Below, in pieces: positions 21,715-32,988 of a DNA stretch of 64,000 nt. Every line of letters starts with the position of its first letter. Position 1 is the first letter of the stretch. The DNA is from an uncultured Actinomycetota bacterium. GTDB lineage: Bacteria > Actinomycetota > Actinomycetes > JAHEKZ01. Under the pieces are notes generated by a model, which did not search any database, was not told the DNA's origin, and saw nothing but the letters and a program-made list of their open reading frames with translations. The position numbers and the translations under genes were made by a program. The DNA is taken from contig CAWHIJ010000003.1 of NCBI GenBank assembly GCA_963829525.1, positions 192,001 to 256,000 of the forward strand, in the 5' to 3' direction.

Positions 21715-23342
21715 AGTTCCCGCCCGACGGTGTCAACGACCACGGTGCGGTCAGCGGCCGAGGCCAGCGCCGGACGGTGAGCAACAAGCACCAGCGTTCG
21801 TTCTTCCGAGAGCTCGCCGATCGCCGCGACTACGGCCCGCTCCGTCGCCCCATCAAGACCCGCAGTCGGCTCATCGAGCACCGCCATCGGGGTGTCCCGA
21901 ACGAAGACCCGGGCCAGTGCGATGCGCTGACGCTGACCGACTGAGAGTCCTGCTCCTTGTTCACCGAGGACGCTGTCGATCCCTAATGGGAGGTCGGCCA
22001 CGAAGTCGGCCCCAGCACGACGAAGCGCATCGGAGACCATGGCGTCCGAGGCCGACGGCGCAACCACTCGGACGTTGTCGGCCACAGTGCCACGCACGAA
22101 GCCGGGATGCTGCGGCATCCAGGCGATCTGGTCGCGCCACCGAGCGGCGGCACTGCAATCGCCTGCACGCACCTTGCCCGACGTAGGTGTAGTGATACCC
22201 AGTAGACAGGCCACAGCGGTCGACTTTCCGCCACCGCTTGGCCCTAGCAGTGCGATCGTCTCACCGGGTGCCACCTCGAACGACGTTGCGAGGGAGTCCC
22301 GGCTACGCCCTTCATGACGAACTCGGACCGACTCAAGGATCACTGCCGTGTGTCTGAGATCTGGGGCCACACCCGGTTCGTCTGGGGCCGAGGTCTCGAG
22401 CAGCTCGAACACCTCCTCCGCGGCAGCCAACCCGGCCTGGCTGGCGTGGTAGTGCACGCCTATCTGACGCAGCGGGAGGTATGCCTCTGGAGCGAGCACA
22501 AGGACGAAGAGCGCCGCCCGCAAGGTGATGCCACCTTCGATCAACCGCAGACCCACTTCGACGGCCACGACGGCTACCGAGAGCGTTGCGAGCAGCTCGA
22601 GCGTGAAGGAGGAGAGGAAGGAGATGCGCAAGACCTTCATCGTTCGGTGTCGATATCGCTCGCTGACCTCGGCAATCGCACGCGCCTGCCCTTGCGAGCG
22701 ACCGAAGATCTTCAAAGTGAGCAAGCCGTGGAGGACGTCGAGAAAGTGGCCGCTCAGTGTCTGGAGCGCGTCCCACTGGCGGCGCTGCTCCACTTGCGTG
22801 CGCCATCCGATGAGGACCATGAAGAGTGGGATGAGCGGCACGGTGACCGCAATCACCACAGCGCTCAGCGGGTCGACGACCGCGATAGCCAGCACGACGA
22901 CCAAGGGGATGATGAGCGTGGCGACAAGCTGAGGGAGGTAGCGTGCGAAGTACTCGTCGAGCGCGTCGAGCCCGGACGTCAGCAGCACGACCAAGCGGGA
23001 ACGGCGTGCCGATACAAGCCAACCCGGGCCAAGTCGAGCTACGTGGGCAACGACTTGCTCGGCGAGCTCGGCCTTCACCCGCGCCGACGCCCGTGCCGAT
23101 GCGCTCTCTTGCGCATACGTGGCGAGCGGGCGTAGGACGATCACAAGTAGGAGCGCGAGTAGTTCAGTGGAAATATCGGAGAACTGGTCGCCTTCGACGA
23201 ACACCGCAGTAACCGTGACGGCGATCAGCGCGGCGAGAGCAATCGCCAGCGCAACCTGGACGAACGCAAGCAGCCCGAGCACGACCAACAGCCCTCGAGT
23301 CGCCCGGGCATGCCGCAGCAGGCGGGGGTCAAAGGGGCGCAT
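21711..23342 (-). CDS. cydD: CydD ABC exporter subunit
   Basis: MRPFDPRLLRHA, YFARYLPQL, LAPEAYLPLRQIG..YHAS, GPSGGGKS. Confidence 0.92.
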
Positions 23343-23426
23343 GGGTGATCAGTCTGCCCGGTCCGGGCCCGTCAGGCCCGGCCGGGCAGACAGCTCACGC
23401 AGAGACAGACTCGACCGCTAGCGGGC

Positions 23427-24423
23427 TCAGGACGGAAGGTCTTCTGCGCCGATCCGGCGGCGGAACACCCAGAACGTCCACGACTGGTAGACCAGCACGA
23501 TTGGCGTCATGACAACGGCCACCCAGGTCATCACCTTCAGGGTGTACGGCGTCGAGGACGCGTTCTCGATCGTGAGGTTGAAGAGCGGGCTCGTGCTGCT
23601 CGGCATGACATTCGGGTAGAGGGTCATGAACAGGGTGAGCACGGCCAGGGCGATGGTCAGGCCCGGTGAGGATGAAGGCCCAGCCTTCGCGCTTCGTCCG
23701 GTCCATGGCCAGGGCTCCGAGCAACGACGCGGCCGCCAGGACCGACGTGATCCAGGTGCCGACCTCTCCTTGGTCGAGCAGCGTCCAGCCAAGGAAGAGC
23801 ACCGCCGCCACCGCCGTCACCAGACCAACCTTGCCGACGAGGTCATGCGCCTTGTCGCGCACTGACCCGTTCGTCTTGAGGGCAAGGAATGTGGCTCCAT
23901 GGGTGACGAACAGACCCAGCGTGACCACGCCGCCCAAGAGGGCGTACGGGTTGAGGAGGTTGAAGAACCCACCGGTGTACGTGCCCTCGGCGTTGATCGG
24001 CACCCCGCGAACGATGTTGGCGAAGGCGACGCCCCACAGGATCGCCGGGACCAGCGAGCCGATGAAGATCGCCAAGTCCCAGCGGGACCGCCATGTTGCC
24101 GAGTCCTTCTTGCCTCGGTACTCAAAGGCCACTCCACGAATGATCAGCGCCACCAGGATCAGCAACAGCGGCAGGTAGAACCCGCTGAACAGCGTGGCGT
24201 ACCACTCGGGGAAGGCCGCGAACGTCGCCCCGCCTGCGACGAGCAGCCAGACCTCGTTCCCGTCCCAGACCGGACCGATCGTGTTGATCATGACGCGGCG
24301 CTCGGTCTCGCTCTTGCCGATGACCGGCAGCAGGATGCCGACACCGAAGTCGAATCCCTCCAGGAAGAAGTAGCCGATCCAAAGAACGACGATCAGTGCG
24401 AACCAGACGTCCGTGAGTTCCAT
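23427..24423 (-). CDS. cydB: Cytochrome bd oxidase subunit II (one frameshift near 23663)
   Basis: LEGFDFGVG, GPVWDGNEVWL; C-terminal SSTPYTLKVMTW..YQSWTFWVFRRR in the second frame. Confidence 0.92.
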
Positions 24424-24436
24424 GTCTTCTCTCCGC

Positions 24437-25865
24437 TCAGTACGCGAACGTCAGGGGCTTGTCGTTGTCCCGATCGTCGTACGCCTGGTTGACGTCGGCA
24501 CTCGTGACCTCCGGTGGACCAATCTTGATGTACTTCATCAACAGCGCCACCTCGACAACGGCAAGCCCGCCGTAGAGGAGTGTCAGGACGAGCATCGATA
24601 TCCAGACTTCGGCAGGGCTGGTCGCGAGGGAAACGCCGTTAGCCGTGAGCTCAAGTCCGTAGACCACCCACGGTTGGCGAGCCATCTCGGTGAAGATCCA
24701 GCCAAAGCTGTTGGCGAGCAGCGGCATGAAAGATGGTGACGATTCCGATCGTCCCGACCCAGCGAGCCGTGGGATTGCGGCCACCGCGGAAGGCGAAGAG
24801 TGACGCGGCAGCTACCAGAGCAGCCAAGGCACCCCAGCCAATCATGAAGCGGAAGGACCAGTACGCGATGGGAATGTTGGGTGAGTAGTCGGCAGGGCCG
24901 AACTGCTTCTCCAGATCTGCCTGGATGTCATTGATTCCTTCGACCTCACCGCTGAACGAGTCTGTCGCAAGGAACGACGCCAGACCTGGGATCTGCACGC
25001 GGAACGTCTCCTCGGAGCCGTCGAGCGTTCCCAGACTGAAGAGAGAGAACCCAACGTTTTCGCCGGTCTCGTAGATGGCCTCGGCTGCAGCCATCTTCAT
25101 CGGCTGTTGCTCCGTCATGACCTGCGCCTGGAAGTGTCCGGTGACGGCCACTCCCACGAAAGCAATGATGACCGTCCAGGCTCCAACCTTCATCGACGGC
25201 CGCATCACCTGGGTATGACGCTGACGCACCAGGTGCCAGAGCGAAATCCCCAACATGAACGACCCTGCCGTCACAAAGGCCGCCGTGATCGTGTGCGAGA
25301 ACGTGATCAGTGCTGTCTTCTGGAAGAGGACGTCGAAGATGTTGGTGAGCTCGGCACGCCCTGTCGGGTTAAGCGGTGAGAATCCCTCGTCAACGACGTA
25401 GCCCGTCGGGTGTTGCATCCACGAGTTTGCCGCAAGGATGAAGAACGCCGAGATGTTGGTCCCGATCGCAGCTGCCCAGATGGTCGCCAGGTGCGCTTTC
25501 TTCGGCAGACGGTCCCAGCCGAAAATCCACAGGCCGAGGAACGTGGACTCCAGGAAGAAGGCGATGAGGCCCTCCATCGCCAGCGGAGCACCGAAGATGT
25601 CGCCGACGAACCGGGAGTACTCGCTCCAGTTCATGCCGAACTGGAACTCCTGAACGATCCCGGTCACCACACCCATGGCGAAGTTGATCAGGAAGAGCTT
25701 TCCCCAGAACTTGGTGGCTCGCAGGTACTCGTCCTTACCAGTCCGGTACCAGGCGGTCTGGAACCCGGCAACGAGCATCGACAATCCAAGAGTGATCGGC
25801 ACCATCAGGAAGTGATAGACGGTGGTGATCGCAAACTGCCATCGGGCAAGCTCTAACGCGTCCAC
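24437..25865 (-). CDS. cydA: Cytochrome bd oxidase subunit I (one frameshift near 24730)
   Basis: ARWQFAITTVYH, EFQFGMNWS, QPMKMAAAE; GWIFTEMARQPW in the second frame. Confidence 0.93.
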
Positions 25866-25929
25866 GGGTCCCCTCGAGTCTTCGGGCGGTCGGTGCAGCC
25901 AGCATCGACCGACTAGCAGGAGGGTGTTC

Positions 25930-25971
25930 AGGGTCGAAAGTCCCGGGTGCAGGACCGGGACGTACGTCCTG
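25930..25971. promoter_or_regulatory. Two DosR-type boxes upstream of cydA
   Basis: AGGGTCGAAAGTCCCG (25930-25945) and palindromic CGGGACGTACGTCCTG (25956-25971); both resemble GGGACTWWAGTCCC. Confidence 0.7.
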
Positions 25972-26019
25972 TCTCAATCCCCGTGCAATTCAGGTCTCGG
26001 GGCATGTGAGAGTGGTCAC

Positions 26020-26982
26020 ATGACTGCACCGGCATCGACTGGGACGCGATCGGCATCTCCGCTGGCCCTGTGGAGCGCCCTGGGGATCGTCTACGTCGTC
26101 TGGGGATCGACGTACCTCGGCATTCGGGTCGTGGTGGACGTGGCTGGGCAGCCACCGCTGTTCCCCACAGGTATTCGATTCTTGACGGCCGGCTCGATCC
26201 TGGCCATGGCGGTGGCATCCCGGAAGGGGTGGCGGGCGCTCCGCGTCCCCCCGCGGGCGATCGCTGGCAGCGTCCTGCTCGGCTTCCTCTTTCTCTTCTG
26301 TGGCGTAGGCATGGTGAGCGTTGCTGAGCAGACCGTGCCCTCGGGGCTGGCTGCTCTCCTGGTGGCCGCGATGCCGCTTTGGGTGGTCCTGATGCGCACC
26401 GGACTTGGTGGCGAACGTCCGGCGAAACTCACCTGGGTAGGCACAGCAATCGGCCTGGGCGGGATCGCCGTACTCGCCCGCCCGGACACCCAGGGTGACG
26501 TTGCCCTGTGGGGCGTCCTGCTCGTGCTGTTCGCCACCGTCTGCTGGGCCTTCGGCGTCTTCATCTCACCCCGCTTGACGCTGCCCGACGACAACTTCGT
26601 TGGCGCCGTCTACGAAATGGTGGGCGGAGGAGTCGTGCTGCTGGTGGCTGGCGCGTTGGTTGGAGAGCTCGCCGACTTCTCAGTGAGCGCCGTCCCTGCC
26701 GAAGGCTGGTGGGCATTTACGTATCTCACCCTGATTGGCTCCGTCGTTGCGTTCTCTGCGTTCGTCTGGCTACTGGGTCACGCGCCTCCGTCGCTGGTCA
26801 CCACATACGCCTATGTGAACCCCGTCGTTGCGGTGTTCCTCGGGTGGCTGATCCTGTCCGAGGCGGTCACCCTGCCCGTCGTGGTGGGCGGCTCGCTCGC
26901 GGTGTTCGGTGTCTCCTTGGTGGTTCGCGGAGAACGTCCCCGACAACAGTCAGAGCCTGAGGAAGTCGCGCAGCACGGCTAG
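26020..26982 (+). CDS. EamA/DMT family transporter
   Basis: VYVVWGSTYL, TYAYVNPVVAVFLG; start chosen at ATG 26020. Confidence 0.88.
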   Translation: MTAPASTGTRSASPLALWSALGIVYVVWGSTYLGIRVVVDVAGQPPLFPTGIRFLTAGSILAMAVASRKGWRALRVPPRAIAGSVLLGFLFLFCGVGMVSVAEQTVPSGLAALLVAAMPLWVVLMRTGLGGERPAKLTWVGTAIGLGGIAVLARPDTQGDVALWGVLLVLFATVCWAFGVFISPRLTLPDDNFVGAVYEMVGGGVVLLVAGALVGELADFSVSAVPAEGWWAFTYLTLIGSVVAFSAFVWLLGHAPPSLVTTYAYVNPVVAVFLGWLILSEAVTLPVVVGGSLAVFGVSLVVRGERPRQQSEPEEVAQHG

Positions 26983-28014
26983 CCAACGGTCGTTCGCAGC
27001 CGCCTCACCAACGGTGACGCGGACGCCCTCACCGGAGAACGGTCGCACCACCACACCGGCCTCGGCTGTCGCAGCGGCGAACGCATCCGCTCGGTCGGCC
27101 AGCGGTAGCCAGACGAAGTTTCCTTGCGCATCGGGGATCTCGAAATCCATGGCGCGGATTGCGCTTTGGACGCGCGAACGCTCAAGGACCAGAACGTTCA
27201 CGCGGCGTAGCAGCTCGGCCTCTCCGGCCAGTGAGGCGATCGCAGCTTGCTCGGCCATGGCAGTCACTCCGAAGGGCAGTTGAGCCTTGCGCAGCTCGCT
27301 GATCACCGTCTTCGGGCCGATCGCGTACCCAACTCGCACGCCAGCGAGGCCATACGCCTTCGAGAACGTCCGCAGCACGACGACGTTGCTGCGCGACAGG
27401 GCAAGGTCGAGAGCATCTGGTGCTGCAGAGTCTCTGACGAACTCAACATATGCCTCGTCGATGGCGACCAGGACATCCTGTGGCACGCGGTCGAGGAAAG
27501 CCTCGAGGTGATCACGTCGCACGGCTGGCCCAGTCGGGTTGTTCGGCGTGCAGACCATCACCAGCCGCGTGCGATCGGTGACGGCGTCGGCCATCGCATC
27601 GAGGTCGTGCGTGCCGTCGCTGGCGAGCGCGACACGGACGAGCGACGCCCCCGCAAGCGTTGCAAGAATGGGATAGGCCTCGAAGGACCGCCAAGGGATC
27701 ACGATCTCGTCGCCGGCGCCGGCCATTGCATTCATCACCTGGGCCAGCACCGCAACCGAACCGGTACCGACTGCGACGTGGTCCGTGTCGATCCCAAGAT
27801 GTTGCCCCAGGGCGGCGAGCAGACGACTGGAGCCGAAGTCGGGATAGCGGTTCACTGATGCTGCGGCGTCAGCGATGGCCGCTTGGACTCCCGGCAGCGG
27901 CGGGAACGGATTTTCGTTGCTCGAGAGCTTCACCGCCCCTGGCGGTGCCGAACGACCTGCCTGGTAGGCGGGAACGGCAGCCAGGTCAGCGCGGGCGCGT
28001 GGGGAGTCGGGCAC
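26950..28014 (-). CDS. Histidinol-phosphate/aromatic amino acid aminotransferase (Pat/HisC2-like)
   Basis: KLSSNENP, PWRSFEAYP, CTPNNPTG, DEAYVEF, RTFSKAYGLAGVRVG. Confidence 0.9.
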   Translation of the reverse strand: MPDSPRARADLAAVPAYQAGRSAPPGAVKLSSNENPFPPLPGVQAAIADAAASVNRYPDFGSSRLLAALGQHLGIDTDHVAVGTGSVAVLAQVMNAMAGAGDEIVIPWRSFEAYPILATLAGASLVRVALASDGTHDLDAMADAVTDRTRLVMVCTPNNPTGPAVRRDHLEAFLDRVPQDVLVAIDEAYVEFVRDSAAPDALDLALSRSNVVVLRTFSKAYGLAGVRVGYAIGPKTVISELRKAQLPFGVTAMAEQAAIASLAGEAELLRRVNVLVLERSRVQSAIRAMDFEIPDAQGNFVWLPLADRADAFAAATAEAGVVVRPFSGEGVRVTVGEAAANDRWLAVLRDFLRL

Positions 28015-28042
28015 CCCCCGAACCTAGCCCGCGGCCACCGAA

Positions 28043-28156
28043 CTCGTCCTGGTGACGAGCTCAGGGCGCGACCTCGTCCTGGTGACGAGCTCAGGGCACG
28101 ACCTCGTCCTGGTGACGAGCTCAGGGCACGACCTCGTCCTGGTGACGAGCTCAGGG
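28043..28156. repeat. 30-bp tandem repeat (3.8 copies) with internal hairpin
   Basis: CTCGTCCTGGTGACGAGCTCAGGGC(G/A)CGAC; CTCGTC/GACGAG stem with a 5-nt loop; no spacers. Confidence 0.95.
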
Positions 28157-28223
28157 TAGGGAGGTGCAGATCATCAGCGATTACGCCGTCAATGAGCGGA
28201 GGTCGCGTCAGTACCGGATTCGG

Positions 28224-29627
28224 TCAGGGTGCGCGGGGGTGGGTGGTGAGTTGTTGGCCGGTGGGGCTGGTGACTGTGATGGGTCCGTGGGTTCCCCGTT
28301 CGGGGTTTGCCGTGTTCAGGGTCCATTTGCCTTCGTGGACGGCTCTGTGGTGGTGGCGGCACAGCAGTAGGGCGTTGGCGAGGTCGGTGGTGCCTCCTTC
28401 GTGCCAGGGGACCAGGTGGTGGGCGTCGGTGTGGGCCGGTGGCCGGTCGCAGCCGGGGAAGCGGCAGCCGCCGTCGCGGGCGGCGAGCAATCGTCGCTGC
28501 TGCGGGGAGAACAGCCGCCGGGTGCGGCCGAGGTCGACCACGACGCCGTGGTCGTCGAGGAGCAGCGCGGTCAGCTGCGCGTCGCAGCCGATCCGGGCCA
28601 CCGCCACCGGGTGCAGGAACGCCGAACCGCCGGGTGCTTGCGGGAGCCGCCCCGGCGGCAGCGTCGCTGGATCGGTGTCGCCGGGGACATCTGAAGCAGG
28701 CCTGCGCGGGTCGATGATCACGTGCAGGTGGGGGCGTTCACCCCCGATGACCGGGAGCAGCGCCTGGTCGGCGGCGGAGGCGACGATCTGGACCAGCCCG
28801 TCGGCGCGGCGTTGCGCGGCGGTGCGGGTGTCAGTCGGCGTCGGCGGGGACCAGGAACGGCTCTAGGGCGGCGGTCAACAGGGCGGCTGATTCAGCGTCG
28901 AGGAGGCCGCCCAGGGAGGTCATCCCATCCAGCAACGGAGCCAGGGTCAGATACCGGCGGTCGAACTGCTGACAGCTGTCGGCCAGAGACCCGTCGGGGT
29001 CGACCACGAACTGCAGGTGCTTGCCGGCGGTCCGCACATCGGTGACCGACCCGACCTCGGCCAGGTCGGTCAGCACGGTCACCGCCGCCGGTTGCCGGGA
29101 CTGCGGAATGTGCCGCACGCCGCGTTCGACCGCGCGTAGGTGGTCATAGGTCAACAAGCCTTCACCCACCTTGCTGACCGCGCCGCCGAGGAACCCACGG
29201 GCGGCCCGGGCGATCCGGACCCGCTCAGCGGCCTCCGCACCGCTCACCCGGCACGCACCCCGGATCCACGCCTGCGTCGACGCCGCACCATGCAGCACCT
29301 GGCCGTCACCCGCAGCGTCGAACGCCGCCACCGCCGCCAGGTTCGCCACCGCGACCGCATCAGCCAGCTGCTGCAACCCCACCACCCAGCCCGCACGGGT
29401 CTGAGCGTCAGCGCACCGCCAAAGCCTGCCGGGCATCGGCACCGGACCAAGCCCGCACCTGACCAAGCACCGCAACCAACGGCTCCGGCAACACCTCAGG
29501 GGTAAACATCGACCAGCGACCTTCCGACGACAACCAGGACCAGGATCAGCAGCGGCCATCACCTGAAATCATCCGACCCCGTAAACCCAGGGGCCCACCA
29601 CGTCGTCTCATCACCAGCTACCAACAC
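28224..29627 (-). CDS. DUF222 (13E12-like) plus HNH endonuclease, several frameshifts
   Basis: STQAWIR..SGAEAAERV, DTRTAAQRRADGL, RPHLHVII, ARDGGCRFPGC..HHLVPW..GGTTDLANALLLCRHHH spread over three frames; start uncertain. Confidence 0.82.
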
Positions 29628-29629
29628 CC

Positions 29630-29652
29630 ACGCTAAACCAAGCCACTGACAA
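29630..29652 (-). promoter_or_regulatory. PafBC-type (RecA-independent) DNA-damage promoter
   Basis: TTGTCAGTG-GCTTGGTT-TAGCGT matches tTGTCRgtg-N8-TAnnnT. Confidence 0.75.
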
Positions 29653-29670
29653 CGCCCCTAGGCTGCTGAC

Positions 29671-30682
29671 GTGACCGAAGCCGCTGCCGAACTGCCCCCA
29701 CCTGGGCGGATCGGTCACGACGCGCACCCTCGCCGTGCGCTTGGCTTCTCGCTGGCCATCGGTGGTGCCCTGCTCTTCGCGGTCAACGGTTCGGTGTCGA
29801 AGATCACCCTGGAGTCGGGGGTCGACTCCCTCAGCCTGGTGCTCCTCCGCAGCGCAGGAGCAGCAGCCTGTTTGCTGCTCCTGGTCCTCGTGACCGACCG
29901 GAGTCGGCTGCGCCTGCACAGGGCCGAGCTTCCCCTCTTGCTCGTGTACGGGCTCGTCGGCATCGCCATGGTCCAGTGGCTCTACTTCGTCGCGATCGCA
30001 CGACTGCCGGTCGGTGTTGCGCTCCTGCTGGAGTTCACCGCCCCTGTGTTGGTCGCCTTGTGGGCCAGGTTCGTCCAGAAGCAGCAGTTCGGCAGGGCTT
30101 TGTGGCTGGCACTGGCTCTTGCCCTCGGAGGACTGGCGCTGGTCGCACAGATCTGGGACGGGCTCTCACTCGACACCGTCGGGGTGCTCGCCGGGTTCGG
30201 TGCCGCGCTCTCACTGGCGACCTACTACATCGCCGGTAAACACGCACTGGTCACCCGCGACACCATCTCGCTGGCGTTCTGGGCCTTTTTGGTATCAGCC
30301 ATCTTCTGGTCTGTTGCCAAACCCTGGTGGACGATCCCCTGGGACTCGCTAAGTGCCTCTGTTCAACTTCCGGGTGCGCTGGACGGGACATCGGTCAGCG
30401 GATGGGCGTTGATCACCTGGGTCGTCGTGCTCGGAACGGTGGCGCCTTTCCTCATGGTCATCGGCGGGCTGAGTCATCTTGCTGCGACAGAGGCGGGCAT
30501 CGCCGGAATGATCGAACCGGTGCTCGCCGGCGCCGTTGCCTGGGTGTGGCTCGATGAGACACTGACGGTGATCCAGGTCATCGGCAGCCTGGTGGTCATC
30601 ACTGGCATCGTCGTCGCCCAGCGCGCCACCGGCGTCCACCGGGACCACCGCGTCATCTGCGTCATCCGCATCCGCCGGCTAG
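29671..30682 (+). CDS. EamA/DMT family transporter (probable frameshift near 30631)
   Basis: ALLLEFTAPVLVALW, MIEPVLAG; removing one G gives the tail ASTGTTASSASSASAG* and removes the overlap with the cupin gene. Confidence 0.85.
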
Positions 30683-30691
30683 CCGGTGCCG

Positions 30692-31012
30692 CTAAGTACG
30701 CGAACCTTCTGCAGGGCCGAACACCACCACGAGCCGCAGCTTCTCGGTGATGTCGACGAACCGATGTTCCTCGCGAGCGGGGACAAAGATCACCGAACCT
30801 GGCTCGACGGCGCATTCACCCGTCGGTGTCACGAAGCGAGCCCGCCCAGTCATGCAGACGTAGATCTCGTCCTCGGTGTGTGGTTCCTGCTCGTCAATCT
30901 CGCCGACGTCGAGCACGTAGAGGCCAGTTGAAACGTCAGGAGCGCGCTGGAACTCGATCCACGGCTCGGATCCGCGGGCGCGGTCCAGGTCGTCGACGCG
31001 GTACGACTTCAT
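30692..31012 (-). CDS. Cupin domain protein
   Basis: QEPHTEDEIYVC..G and PGSVIFVPAREEHRF cupin motifs. Confidence 0.85.
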   Translation of the reverse strand: MKSYRVDDLDRARGSEPWIEFQRAPDVSTGLYVLDVGEIDEQEPHTEDEIYVCMTGRARFVTPTGECAVEPGSVIFVPAREEHRFVDITEKLRLVVVFGPAEGSRT

Positions 31013-32433
31013 GGCGTGCTCCCATCTTCGAGGATGCGTTCAACCTCAGCGCTGGCGGCGCCCAGCCCACCCAAGGTGAACTCGTCGCGAGCCGTGAGCT
31101 GCTGCGTCACACGATCGAAGTAGAGCACGCTGAACGTCAAGGGGGTCGGGTCTTCGGTCTCCAGCGCACGAAGACCGGCGCCTCCTGTCGAGCCCTGTAC
31201 AAGAAGCTCCGTCCCACCACCGAGGTCGCGCTGATCGCGTTCATGCAGGTGACCGGCGAGAACCAAGGGAACGTCGCCAGCCAAGGGATCAGCTGCAATC
31301 GGGTCGTGCACCATGGCGACGTCAACCGGATCGTCGGACGCCTGAATCACCCGGTCCAGCGCCTGACCGGACGCGACCACCGCCTCATCTGTCGGGTCCG
31401 TCGACTTGTCTGGCGTGAACCGTGGATCCCCGGCGCCGGCAATGACAAGTCCACCAACGGAAATGACGTCGTCATTGAGCACGTAGGTGTTGTCCATCGC
31501 GGCGATCGCGGCCGCGGTGGTTGAGGAGTCGTGGTTGCCTCGAATGAAGACGTAGGGGATGTCCAAAGACTCGATGGGCTTCAGCAGCGAGTTCTCCACC
31601 CCGGTCCCGTGGTCAGCGATGTCGCCAGTGTCGAGAACGACATCAATGTCGTACTGCTCGATGACTGAGCGCATGATCGGCCAGACATTAGGGTTGAGAT
31701 GGATGTCGGAGACAAAGAGTGCCCGAATGGTGTCGGGGTTCCCCTCGAGCGTTGGCAGGTTTCTCGCGGCGGTGGCGAGCTGCGCGACGTTCGCCACCAG
31801 TCCACCCAACTGCTGGCCGTACTCCTTGAAGTTGCTGACGATCATGTCCGCGTCCCCTACCACCTGCGGCACGAAGACCAACAGCCCGGTGTAGTGCGGC
31901 TGAGCCAATGCACGGTTGTTCCAGGTGGCTGCTCCCGCGCCGGCACTGAGCACCAGCACTCCGGTGACGCTCACTGCCGTGATCACCGCCCATCGCGGAC
32001 GCCGCCACACCACAAGCACGGCGAGCGTCGCGCCAGCCACCGCAACGACGAGAGCCTGAAGGTAGGCACGGATGAGAAGGTCCCGAACGTCCCCCGGCAC
32101 CTGGTCCAGATTTGTCACTCCCGAGGTTCCGGCAAGCGCGTCCTGGGTCACGTCGCTGTCCAGTGAATCGACCTGCGCGTGGAGCGACAGAGGGCCGTCA
32201 TGGGTGTCGAGCGCGATGGTGCCAAGCGGAGGCACGTCGATGACCGTGTCTCCAGTCAACGAGAAGGTGACCTCCGATGTCACGATCAACGGCCCCACCT
32301 GGTCGCTGCGCGCGGCCCCCAAGGCAAGTCCGATCCAGGCGCCGAGAACGGCAACGACAACAAAGGCCGTCACCTGGCCCAGGTGGCGCCACGTCAGCTC
32401 AGCGCGCAGCGTCGAAAGCACCCGCTGCCGCAC
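31009..32433 (-). CDS. Membrane-anchored metallophosphoesterase
   Basis: SDIHLN, DTGDIAD, RGNHDS, MVHDP, AGHLHER; N-terminal TM helices. Confidence 0.88.
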   Translation of the reverse strand: MRQRVLSTLRAELTWRHLGQVTAFVVVAVLGAWIGLALGAARSDQVGPLIVTSEVTFSLTGDTVIDVPPLGTIALDTHDGPLSLHAQVDSLDSDVTQDALAGTSGVTNLDQVPGDVRDLLIRAYLQALVVAVAGATLAVLVVWRRPRWAVITAVSVTGVLVLSAGAGAATWNNRALAQPHYTGLLVFVPQVVGDADMIVSNFKEYGQQLGGLVANVAQLATAARNLPTLEGNPDTIRALFVSDIHLNPNVWPIMRSVIEQYDIDVVLDTGDIADHGTGVENSLLKPIESLDIPYVFIRGNHDSSTTAAAIAAMDNTYVLNDDVISVGGLVIAGAGDPRFTPDKSTDPTDEAVVASGQALDRVIQASDDPVDVAMVHDPIAADPLAGDVPLVLAGHLHERDQRDLGGGTELLVQGSTGGAGLRALETEDPTPLTFSVLYFDRVTQQLTARDEFTLGGLGAASAEVERILEDGSTP

Positions 32434-32526
32434 TGCTCACCACCGCCTCGACCGACCCTTGGGGCTTCCATTGTCGAGGCAAAGTGCCACCACCTTGACC
32501 ACTGGACGCCGCCAGAGTCTGGGCCA

Positions 32527-32988
32527 CTACTCCGGAACGCCCCAATTGAAGCGGTGGGTGTGGATGTCGAAGTAGACAAATGACTCCGTTGCTTTGACCC
32601 CCGCGATGCTCTTCAGCCGGTCGTTGACCACCTCGAAGAGCTGATCCATGTCGGCGCAGACCACCTCGGCGAACAGGTCGAACGACCCGGAGGTCAGCAC
32701 CACATAGATGACCTTGTCAATGACACCCACAGCGTCTGCCACGGCGCGGATATCGCCGTCGACTTCGATCCCCACCATCGCCATCACCGGCAGACCGAGC
32801 TTGAGGGGGTCGGTCACCGCGACCACCTGCAGCAGGCCGGTCTCCATCAGCCGCTGCATCCGTTGCCGAACTGCCGGAGCAGACAGCCCCACCTCTGCTG
32901 CCAGGTCCGCGTAAGAAGCACGACCATCGATCTGCAGCTGCCTGATGATGGCCCGGTCGATGGCGTCGATCGGGACCTGGTGGGTCAT
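32527..32988 (-). CDS. Lrp/AsnC family transcriptional regulator
   Basis: IDAIDRAIIRQLQIDGRASYADLA..GLSAPAVRQR. Confidence 0.92.
   Translation of the reverse strand: MTHQVPIDAIDRAIIRQLQIDGRASYADLAAEVGLSAPAVRQRMQRLMETGLLQVVAVTDPLKLGLPVMAMVGIEVDGDIRAVADAVGVIDKVIYVVLTSGSFDLFAEVVCADMDQLFEVVNDRLKSIAGVKATESFVYFDIHTHRFNWGVPE

Noticed and set aside
28043-28156. CRISPR array
   Set aside because: Repeats abut directly with no unique spacers and there are no cas genes in the window; kept as a tandem repeat
30683-30750. Real 3' overlap of EamA with the cupin gene
   Set aside because: It disappears when one inserted base near 30631 is removed
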